Shown piece after piece: positions 25,801-47,766 of a stretch of DNA of 64,000 nt. Position 1 is the first letter of the stretch. Every line of letters begins with the position of its first letter. The DNA lies in assembly GCA_964036045.1 (NCBI GenBank), contig OZ038378.1, positions 167,152,001 to 167,216,000 on the forward strand. Reading direction: 5' to 3'. The notes under the pieces are model-generated. The model searched no databases. It saw only the letters and a list, made by a program, of their open reading frames with translations, and was not told where the DNA came from. Source of the stretch: Eutreptiella sp. 'Long Island Sound 2002'. Lineage: Eukaryota > Protista > Euglenida. The position numbers and the translations under genes are program-made.

Positions 25801-27417
25801 CGTGGGTGGGTGGGTGAGACGTACGGCGTCCGCTTCACAGCTTCAAGGGCCCGCAAGGGCACGCCTGACGGGCTGACGAGGGGCGCACGCGCTGCTCATT
25901 TGGCCACGACCCCCGTTCCATTTTGAGCGCTGCACGGCAGTAGCACAGCCATGCGCACAGCACTCGGGCTGAACAGGCACGGGCTGCCGAAGTGTAGGTC
26001 CGCCCAGCCCCCCCCCTTCCCCGTCCGACGCGAAGGTGGAACACTTCCGTCCGCCTTCTGCATGACCCTATGCGCCCAGTCATTGCCACTGCCCATGCCC
26101 CTGACACCACCGCCCAAACACCCCGGTGCCCTTGGTCGCCAGCCCTGGCCCTGAGCTCCCGCTTGGCCGCCCGATCCTTCGGATCCAGGCCTTTGGGGCG
26201 TCCAGTCCCCAGACACGACCGGCGCTGCGGCGCAGCACCAGTTTCGACTCCGCACGCTTTGGTTGGACCGGGGCCTGATTGCGGGCGGACCGGGCTCGCC
26301 GGCGTGCAGTTCAATTGCTCAGAAGGGGAGTTGTAATGTGCCAACAAAACAACATCAAAATAATTTCGACGGGCCTTGAAAAAGTTTCGCAAACTTTCCA
26401 TCCGGGGGGAATGAATGAATTAATTGATTAAAAAACCAGGCGAAACCGAAGGCAACAGGTTTAGCCCCCGCGCCACAACAAAGCTGAACTGCCCCGATGG
26501 CAGTGGGATGGGGCTCAGACGAACTGTCAAGGACCCCCTTCCGACACCAGCCAGGGATGTATTAGAACGGCTCACAACCGCAGTAGGAGGCGGGGTCCCA
26601 CGCCCCCGCCTGGACCCAAATTTCATGGTGAGAAATAGTGAAATTTACAGAAAGAAATATTGATTTGGGCTATCTTTGAGGTTCCAGACCCCCCCCCCTC
26701 CCCTCTTCCAATGCATCCCTCTGCCTGCGGCACACCCCGTCGTCGTCGCGCCCGCACACCCCTCGTACCCCCCAGAGTAGCAAGAGCAAGAGCGTTGTCG
26801 TGATCGACATCAGTGCCCCGAACAACAGAAACGCCGCCATCATCGACGCGCTGGATCTGGCGAAGCAGAAGTCCGAGTTGCCCCCCCGTCCCATGGACCG
26901 CAAGGGCTCCATCACTTCCTTGGCGTCGGCGCCCTCCACCACCGACCCCATGCGCGCCCGCACCCGTGCGACCGCCAGCCCTTGTCCTTTGACCCCGCGA
27001 GACGCCGGGCCGGCGTTGTCTGCCCGAGACCGCGTGCTCATGCCACCCCGTGCAGGCGCCAGTACCCCTCGAGGCGGCCCTGCAACGCAGACCCAGCGGG
27101 AGCGGTCGGGGTCGCACGCGTCGCGCGGAGCGCGTGAGCGGTCGATGGTCGGTCCGAACGGGTACCGGGAGCGGCCGAGCCGGCGCGGGAACGCGGCGCG
27201 GCGGGCCTCGAAGGCGTACGCGGCAGTGGCGGAGGAGGGCAGTGCCGGGGCCGTGCGCGCGGAGCCCGCCGCCCGGTCCGAAGCGATGGCACTGGGGCGG
27301 CCGCCGTCTGCGGACGGCGCGCGAAAGCGTAGCCTGTCGGCGCCCATGCCGCCGCTGCCGCCGACGTTTGACCGGAGTGCGCGTGGTGTGCAGCGATACG
27401 GGAGGGGATTTGAGTGA
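4876..27417 (+). CDS. Spliced gene segment A: about 1,040-aa coiled-coil (E/R/Q-rich) plus Ser/Pro-rich low-complexity protein of unknown function
   Basis: GT-AG exons with matching phases: 4876-4930 (tentative ATG), 5006-5055, 5319-5468 (RVKEAQ..QLQINILQQQL), 6468-6587 (or 6468-6616 plus 7107-7236), 8128-8334 (RLREERQRQRREERE), 9676-9762, 10549-10740, 11554-11786, 13025-13199, 14593-14884, 16716-16915, 18291-18554, 19645-19844, 20546-20810, 26776-27417 (TGA). The simplest set sums to 3132 nt, a multiple of 3. Exons are GC3-rich and preceded by pyrimidine tracts. An alternative donor at 27385/27386 could bypass the stop. Confidence 0.75.
6690..6955. repeat. Degenerate ~10-11-bp (GGGTTGTTGA)-like tandem repeat
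   Basis: Recurring gggttgt / ggttgttga motifs. Confidence 0.6.
8533..8940. mobile_element. Tc1/mariner-type MITE with GGCGAAATT subterminal arrays, inserted in a (GTGCTG)n tract
   Basis: TA|CAGGAGGGGGG..CCCCCCCTG|TA. Clustered GGCGAAATT / AATTTCGCC motifs near both ends. Degenerate GTGCTG repeats on both flanks (8380-8530, 8955-9015). Confidence 0.7.
10273..10334. repeat. (ACAGTC)n hexamer microsatellite
   Basis: About 10 perfect copies. Confidence 0.95.
13380..13718. mobile_element. Tc1/mariner-type MITE
   Basis: TIR CCACGGGGGGA / TCCCCCCGTGG flanked by TA on both sides; AT-richer interior. Confidence 0.75.
20915..20985 (-). other. Degenerate tRNA-like (A box/B box) sequence, possible SINE head
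   Basis: Minus strand reads TTGCCCGAGCAGT (A-box-like), then GCGTGGGTTCGAATC (B box/T arm). No complete cloverleaf, so not called a tRNA. Confidence 0.35.
20985..25627. repeat. Composite array: five ~600-790-bp A units plus two B units, capped by telomere-like hexamers
   Basis: A units start at 21043, 21832, 22434, 23054 and 23776 (TAATCAAGACTCGAACTAGGACCGAGCTGGGTCCTAG..). B units lie at ~24378-24800 and ~25160-25575. (GGTYAG/GGCTAG)n at 20985-21012; (TAACCC/TCACCC)n at 25606-25627. Confidence 0.9.
26552..26721. mobile_element. MITE with family-1-like ends but different interior
   Basis: Begins CAGGGATGTATTAGAA, ends TTCCAATGCATCCCT. No TSD found. Confidence 0.45.
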
Positions 27418-27515
27418 AGGGCCCCGGAGGCACTGAGAGGGTCCGGATGTGCAGGAGCAGTCCTCCCCAGCGCCCACCGCACCCCCTTTCCGTCAAAAAG
27501 CCATCGACGAGACAT

Positions 27516-27676
27516 GCCTAGCCTATGCCCAGACGCCCCCTGACGCCAAATGCCAGCTTCAATGGCATTTGTAACCGACAGTAACCGCCCCCAACCGCTT
27601 TGGCAACCTCCTCCAGCCCCTTTTTGAACTGCCTCTGGGGCCGGCTGTGAGGCTCCTTCCCATCTAATGCATCCCC
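27516..27676. mobile_element. 5'-truncated copy of hAT MITE family 1
   Basis: Shares gccagcttcaatggcatttgtaaccgacagtaaccgcccccaaccgctttggcaacctcctcc and the tctaatgcatccc end. Confidence 0.7.
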
Positions 27677-27858
27677 CCCCCCCCCCCCCTGAGGGATCCA
27701 CATGAACCACAACAGCGCTCCGGCACATCGGGTGCACACGGCCTTGGCACAGGAAAAAATGCAGGGCGCCAACACACGTAATATCATACGAAATGCCCTC
27801 GACCTGGGGGAAGGCGTGTCGAACGGCGTTTGAAGGGTAACCCAATCGCTCCCTGGGA

Positions 27859-28069
27859 CAGGGATGCACTGTAGGGGTGGGAAGGTACCCCCGACCCCCC
27901 CTCCAGGGCGCCCCGCCTTTGCCCAGCCACTGTCCCCCTGACGGCAAGTCTCAATGGCATTTATAACCGACAGTAACCGCCCCCAACCGCTTTGGCAACC
28001 TCCTCCAACCGCCTGTCCCAGCGCTTCTGGGGCGGCCTCTGAGGTCCGTTCCCTTCTAATGCATCCCTG
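27859..28069. mobile_element. hAT-type MITE, family 1 (TIR CAGGGATGCA..)
   Basis: Begins CAGGGATGCAC, ends TAATGCATCCCTG. 8-bp TSD CCCTGGGA / CCCTGGGG (7/8). Confidence 0.8.
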
Positions 28070-28915
28070 CCCTGGGGGCGGTGCTTCCCAATCGCCCGTA
28101 GGCGCAGGTCTAAGACGTGGGACCCCGGGACACCTCTCGCCTTCCTTGACAAGCGTCTGTGGTCTGGGTACACCGGATGCCTGCCATCGGATACCCCGCG
28201 CGGATCTTGGCGGTCCTCGCAGTGTTCCTTGACAGACACCCCCTCCGGTCCCCCTCCAGCCCCAGGGGACCCCAGACTGTCTAAGGCCCTGCCGTCACAG
28301 CCCCCGGGAGGCGGGGGGTGGGGGCCAAGATTGCAAATGATAAGGGGCTCCGAGACCCCCTCGCCCCGTGCGGCGTTTGGATGCGTCAAGTGCTCAAAGC
28401 AGTGGTCTTGGTGGTGCAGCAGTTGAACCGGCATTTAGTAGTGACCAGCACACAACCCCCAAGACATGGACCAAATAGGCACAGGTCAAACCCCCGGATA
28501 TATGGTCAAAGTAGCCACAATGCCATGTGGTTTGGCCATGCCTCCTCTGCATGGGCACTCTATGCGCCACTCATCTTCGCCGCTTGTGTAATGCAAGTTT
28601 GGTGATAGATGGACGGCACAAAACCCAAAGCCAACAAAAGAAAGCTCAAGTCAGAAACAATGACAAGAACATTGGAACCCTGTTTGCCGTTTGGGTGACA
28701 CGCTCAGTGTGCCCGACAGCCACATCGTATTGCCTTCTCTTCACCATTGCAAATTCCCTGCATCCACTCATCCCCTGCGCCCACGAGTGAACCGTCCGGA
28801 CAACCACGAATGGCATGGGTTGTGTCGTTGCCGATGGTTTGCAGTGTGCCTGCCCGTGGCAGGATGTGGAACGGCCCCTGCGGCTGTGCCTGCACCCTCC
28901 GCTCGCTCCATGCAG

Positions 28916-41737
<12,822 letters not shown>

Positions 41738-44359
41738 GTGAGTCTCAAACGGGACATTCATTGCACACTGTTTGACCAGGAAGAGGGGAGGAGCTTTTCC
41801 CCTTTGTGTTCCCACCTTTGCCCCACCTGTAGCACTGTTGTCAATGCTTCCGTGGGGACATGCCACCCCTTTACCCAGCTGGAGGAGCCGGTGCAAACCC
41901 ACATTCGTTGCACATACACAGGACCGCTCTGCATCACCCTGTTCCCCCCTATTTAATCTGTCCTACAGTACAGCCCACTGCCCTTTGTCATGAACCCAGC
42001 GTCGCCGGCGCCGAGGGTTGTTCGGTCTGTATGTGCCATTTTCCTGTCAATTTCTGACTGCTGTTGTGCTCACTGCCATCAGGTGGTCGGTCGGTCAGTC
42101 TTGGTGTTCTTCTTGGTGAGCAGCCTCGTCGCATTTTTGTGCACACGCTGTTCCAGTGTGCACGATGGAATTTTTTCCTGGAATTATGGGTAGTCCTGCA
42201 TACCTCATAGCTGGTGGGCTCAAAACCCACTGACCTTGACAGCAGCCGCTGCAAAGCAGCAGGGGGTACGTGTGCCTGTCCATGTTTTCAGGTGCCTGTG
42301 GGGCAGGCACATGAATGTACAGGCACAGGTACCGATGGTCCCCGATTTCGATGCCTGTTGGAGGCACGTGTCTTGCTCTGCACCCCCTCCTCTCTTTCCT
42401 CCAAGGCCCCCCGTTCTGCACCCTCCTTTCACGTCTTTTAGCATCAGTCTCTCGTTTTGCAATTGCCCTTCACGTCACATCCCCATCGCCTGTGTCCCGG
42501 CAAATCTCTTGTACAGTGCACATTTGCTGTCAAATTTGTGTATCATACTACTACTATTAGAATCCCAGGGACGGATGGTGCGCCCTGCACACCCCTTCTT
42601 TTGCTGGCAACAAGCGTGTGAGCCTCCATGAAGCCGCTTCGGATTTTTCGCTGCTGTCGTTGATGCAGGGTGTGCCCTAGGGGAATACTGGACACGGTGC
42701 GCATGCAGCGGACGCAGTACATAAAGTGCAGTGCAGCGGACCCCAGGCAGCCATTACTTTCAAGGATGTTGGGCTATGCACCCTATTTTCAAGCCTTTTC
42801 AACAGCATTTGAAACTGCTAGAGCCCATCGGGGCTACAAATTGTTGTGGTTTAGGTGGCTCATCGATGAGAATCTTTTATGGAGCCGTGTTACTCATCTC
42901 CGCTTTGGAGAAGACAATACGGCAGGGGTTATGTAGCCATGTACTCCTCTCTGCTTTGGAGAACCTGCTGGGGCTCTTTTCATGCATAGGGAAAATGGGG
43001 TACTTTCCACGTGAATTAGTGGGCGCGGTGCACGCAGTGTGTGCAGGTACCCTTCTGGGTGGCATGTACAAGAAGTACCACTGGGTGGTCCCTCATGGTT
43101 AAAGGGATATGTTGGTTGTGCAGCGGGAAATGTACCCCCTCCCCCCTCTTCTTGTCTAGACAAGCCCAATTTCAGCGGGCGCCCACAACAGAGCCCAAGC
43201 CAGCGAAATAGGTAGATCTGCTGGCTGCCAAAGAGGCAAATTGGGGGGACACACCATGATGCTTTGCTGAAGGAGTGGGACGTGGGAGTGGGATGAAGTT
43301 AGTGGGGTGGGTTGTGGCATACACAGATGGATCCGCCAAGTTCGCCAGTGCCACATGCAATACAATGTGTCCGATGCTATTCAATGCTATTCCATTGCTA
43401 CTCAATGCTATTCAATGCTATTCCATAGGGTGATGCAAGTGGGGTATGGAATGTGGATTGGGCATGACCACTCGAGAAATTTTCGTGCTAATGCAGAGCA
43501 TGTCCTGCATGCAATGCTGACCTGGGCAGCAGGGGAACGAATGGTGGTCGTCTTAGAGTATGTGTTCAGAGGAATCAGTGTTCAGTCAAGCGGCACCGCC
43601 ACGGGTGGTGCAACTCCACAGGGGAGGCGGGGCGCTGTGACTTTTGGGAACAAATCCCGTGGCTGTGGGAGAGCACAAGGGGGGCCCTTTAAGCGCAGTG
43701 CGCGCAAAGTGCACACGCTGTGCATGCACAGTGCAACTATTTGGGCATGTGGCCATACTAGAAACCCATACTTTGTGATACTCTGGCCATCATTTTTGTT
43801 TGACAGGAGGTTTTGATGCTTCTTCAGCAGTGGGGATATGGCATTTTCACCCAGTCGCACCCATTTCCACCCCTCTTCACACATTCCGCGCTCATTTCCA
43901 CCACATCCACTCCTTTCTAGGTTGATTTCTCCCCACCACGGGGACCCTGAGAAGGCAGGGGTTATGTAGCCATATTGACCCATATTCCGTCGGTCCCTTC
44001 ACTGATCATCAAACAGGGATTCTAAAGAGAAGATGAAGTGCATGTGGCACTGGTAGACATCTTATGTGCAATGTTGATGGCAGATGTCTGACATGATTGT
44101 GTGATATTGTGTCGGTACACAATGTTCAGGTACAAGGAATTCCAACACACACAAGTTTCAGTCGAGTAAAACCCTTTAAATTTAGATGCCACATTTTTCA
44201 GTGAAAAAAAATGAGAAAAAAGATTTTCCATTTCGGGTAACCTTTTTAACACCCCTCAGCTACTTTGCACCCCCAAGGCTAGGGTAGTAGGGGTTGCCTA
44301 ATTTTAAGGCTGTTCGGAAGGAGCGTGCCTGGTGGCTCTTCGGGTAGGATCTAGTCTAA

Positions 44360-45137
44360 GGGGGAACGTTAGCGCGCCGGGCGCGCGCCGGGCATCTTTT
44401 GTGACCCGTGCCCTACCGGTGGACTGTTGCCGTTGATATGTTGGGCAACATTATATGGATTTGCCCCTTGGCCCCCGGGACATCAGCAGATGTTTTGATT
44501 TGGGATGGGTATGGACCTTCTCGTACCGGAGGTGATTTCTTTGATTTCGAAGTTGGGGGCCATGATGGTGCTTATAAGGGCCGGATTCATGTCATTGTGC
44601 CATTCATTGGAAGAAAGAATGGCACTTTGACAGCCTGCCAACAATGTTACAATGGCGTGCACGGGTGGTATAGGGCACGCATTGAGCAGCTGTTTGCTCG
44701 GTTGTGGCACGCAAGATGAGGCAGAGGATGAGGCAGAAGTGTGTGTGTTGTGTTGCCAGAACGCTCCACCGTCGCAGTTTGTGATGAGTGTAAGGAGCAC
44801 TATTGTACTGAATGTATTGACACCCACACTTGTGGGACCAATGTTATGATGCAGCTCTACTGTTCGCGATACCTCAATAACGCCTATCGCTTCTACTGGA
44901 GATCGAAGCGGTTGTGCTATCCTAACCCCCCATTCTCCCAACTTGCTAAGGTGTTGACCAAGATCGCCCTTAAAGGAGCGAGAGTGGTACTGTGTACCCC
45001 AGTGTACCCCAGTTTGCAACTTTCTTGAGCTGGGGCAGTTTGGGTCACCTAATTCTAAGGCATTTCCAAGGGGTGTGCTTGGGGGCTCTTCGGGGGGAAC
45101 ATAGTCTAAAAGTAGCGCGCCGGGCAAACATTCCCCC
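44360..45137 (+). mobile_element. PIF/Harbinger-like non-autonomous DNA transposon with DDE transposase remnant
   Basis: TIRs GGGGGAACGTT / AACATTCCCCC (10/11). TAA target duplication at 44357-59 and 45138-40. ORF 44408-44719 has DDE_Tnp_4-like motifs (AVDMLGNIIW..PGTSADV, HDGAY, YNGVHGWYRARIEQLF). A CxxC..CxxC..H zinc-finger stretch follows at ~44780-44835. Confidence 0.8.
44848..45002 (+). mobile_element. DIRS/Ngaro-like retroelement fragment (methyltransferase-like C-terminal domain)
   Basis: NAYRFYW..LCYPNPPFSQLAKVLTKIALKGARVVLCTP matches the 'W..Y.NPPF..L.KVL.K....A.V.L..P' signature downstream of RT/RNase H in DIRS-type elements. Confidence 0.65.
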
Positions 45138-45187
45138 TAAAAGTAGCGTGCAGTGCAAGAATTTTCCCAGGGTACATTGTCCAGTTG

Positions 45188-45530
45188 TGGTGGGTACCTG
45201 CACACCTCAAGGTACCAGGCAATGATGGGGCAGATGAGTTGGCAATTCACGGCAGGCTCCTGCACCCCAACATCTGCTGCCTCTGTCCAAACGTCACCGG
45301 GTGGTGGAGGGAAGTGTTGGGATTAGAGCCACTGCTGGAACCAGAGGGAGGAGTGGTGGACTCTGACGTCAATTCAGGGGGAGATTCATCGGACGAGGTG
45401 GAGCCCCAGGGGCTGATGGGGATTTGTACAGCACAGATGTTAGTGACACTCGCCTGCTTATGCATCTGAACTGTGAAAGTAAGAGGTTTAGTACGGATGT
45501 AAGCGACACGCGCCGGAAGCGCTGGAAGGC
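45188..45530 (+). mobile_element. RNase H C-terminal fragment of a retroelement with acidic tail
   Basis: WVPAHLKVPGNDGADELAIHGR is the RNase HI WVxxH..GN..AD.LA motif. It is followed by a degenerate acidic tail with a duplicated STDVSDTR. Confidence 0.65.
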
Positions 45531-46294
45531 CTGCTGTTCTGTTGAGAATGCCAGAGTGATTCTGGAGGGTGCCGACCATTGTCGATCTATGGCCTTATGT
45601 CCGGGCATCACACCACCTATCTATAGTGGCAACCTTGAGGGGTTTATTCTCATGCATGTATATAAACCAAAGGCGATTGTTGCCATGTATTGCCTCTAGG
45701 GTGCCATCGTTGCACTGCACGTGCACCGCACACACTGCACACGTCAGAGAGTGGAACGTTTTAGGGTACTGCACCCCCATTTTGCGGGTGGGCAGGGATG
45801 CGGTGTCCTACAGGGTTGCATGTGCAAACCAATTGAAAAAAGTGTACCTGCACCACACAGAGCAATGTGAAGGAATATGTTTTAAAAGATTTCATTTTGA
45901 ACGGCGAATGTAGGATCAACGTGTTGGCTAATTGCTTGCCGGTGAGTCATATGCACGCATGCCCTAGTCTGAGCACAGGATCCGCGTCCGAAGAATTATG
46001 TTTCCCGATTTCGACTGTGCTCGCAAGGGGCAAGGGGGGTGTAGGAGCGTGTTGGTTGCTTCAAAATCATTGCGTCATTGCGGCAGAAGGTTCCGTCTCT
46101 CCGTTGGGCCCCAATGGTGCTTTGGTAAGAAATGGGCAGGCAGAACAGGCTCGACGCTGGACAGCCGTTGGTTACCTTCACGGGGGTTGGGTTTGTTTTT
46201 TGTTGGGTCAAAACTGCCCTGGCTCTTACTGCTGTGTGTCCCCTGATGCGCAGGGCTGCATTGCATTTCCCACCACCTTTGCCCCTGCCCACAG

Positions 46295-47766
46295 ACCCCT
46301 TTTCTGTGCCGGTCTATCATCGGCGGTGTCCCACGACACCCCATGTGGAACGCGGGCATTGGGGACCGCTCTCCCGCACAGAACCGCTTAGATCCGCCCC
46401 GTGTATTATCCCCTTGTGGCCCAGGCACCCCTCTAGAACCCCTGCCGCTGTCCCCCCTCCATCTCGATGACCTTCCGCACCAGTTGCTGGACTACAACCT
46501 CCCAAAAGGTTGCCACCCCCGCCCGCCCAGCGTCTCCCTGCCGACGGGCGCTCGCAGCTGCGGCAGGCACAGCGGGGACCCCAGCACGCCAACCAGCTCT
46601 AGCTGGCACACGGTGGCGCGGAGCGGCAGTGGCAGCCCAACACAGCCACGCCCTTTCCATAACTGCGACAGCAACAGCCCCAGCCCACCCCGCCTCAAGC
46701 GCAAGGCCCCTGCCGCGAGCGGCGACAGCGCGCGCGGCGCGCCCCTGCCCCCGCCCCGTACCGGCAGCGACGACGCCGGCTCAGGCCTGCCACACACCGC
46801 GCTCCGCGGAGGCGGCGAACACAGCCCTCTCCTGCGGCATTTCGCGCGCAGCGGCAGCGGCGACAGCGGCAGCCCCGGCCGGCCCTACCACAGCTCCCGC
46901 AGCGGCAGCGGGGACAGCGGGTGTATGCCGCGGCGGCCGAGCAGTCGCAGCGGCAGCGACCCCTTCAGCCCCGCAGGCTCCTCCATCCGGCATCCCACGC
47001 GGTGCGTGGGCGGCGACAGCGCCAGCCCGTCGCCGTTCATGCTCCCGCGGCAGGCGCCCGACAGCCGCGCCGGGAGCGGCGACAGCGGAAGCCCGGGGCC
47101 CTCCCTGAGCGGGAAACAGGGCACGCGCGGCAGCACCAGCAGCGAGGGCAGCAGCGGCGCGGGTTCGTTTGTGCGGCACCGCCCCGGCCCCCGCAAGGGC
47201 AGCGAGGGCCGGGACGGCAACGGCCCGTCGCGGCAGCTGTTCCCCCGGCGGCCCGGCTCCACCTGCAGCGACGCCAGCGGCAGCCTCAGCCCCTGTGCAA
47301 AGCCGCGGCTTCCCGCGTTCATCCCGGTCTCGGTACAGCGCTCCGGGGCCCTAGGCGGCCCCGGTGGAGAGCTGGTGCAGCTGGAGGCCCAAAGTGCCTC
47401 GAGCGTCACGGTGCTCAGCTGTGTCGTCTGTCGTGGCGGTGCGTTGCTGGGCCTCCAGGGCCAGTGGCCTGGCGGCGCGGCCCCCTCTGCGCCCACAAAC
47501 TACGCCGGGTTCTGCGCGGCCGTGCTGGGCCTGACGGGCCATGTGGACCTCCAGCTGCGGGTGGTGCTGGGGGTGCAGGACGTGCTGCAGGGCGCGCGGC
47601 AGCAGTTCGTGGCGGATTGCGGGGCGGTGCCGACGGGCCCGGCGGTGGCGCAGTGTCGGTTGTATTGCGTTGCCCTGGGGCACGGCCTGGCCATGCTGCA
47701 CTGTGTGGGCCTGCCGGAGGGTGCGCTGGATCTTGCAGGGCCCCCAAGTCTGGACTTGGGTCCGAG
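46295..47766 (+). CDS. Segment C large exon: Ser/Gly/Pro-rich disordered region with repeated RSGSGDSGS motif, then a globular stretch
   Basis: Lies in the 485-aa ORF 46343-47800. Acceptor cccacag at 46294, donor gag|gtatgt at 47766/47767 (phase 2, matching 49912). ATG at 46343 could alternatively be a start codon. Confidence 0.75.

Noticed and set aside
26670-27947. 425-aa minus-strand ORF
   Set aside because: Antisense shadow of the GC-rich + strand exon 26776-27417, extended through MITE sequence; no domain motifs.
42180-42240. tRNA gene (T-arm-like GTGGGCTCAAAACCCAC)
   Set aside because: No acceptor stem or D arm; at most a degenerate SINE relic.
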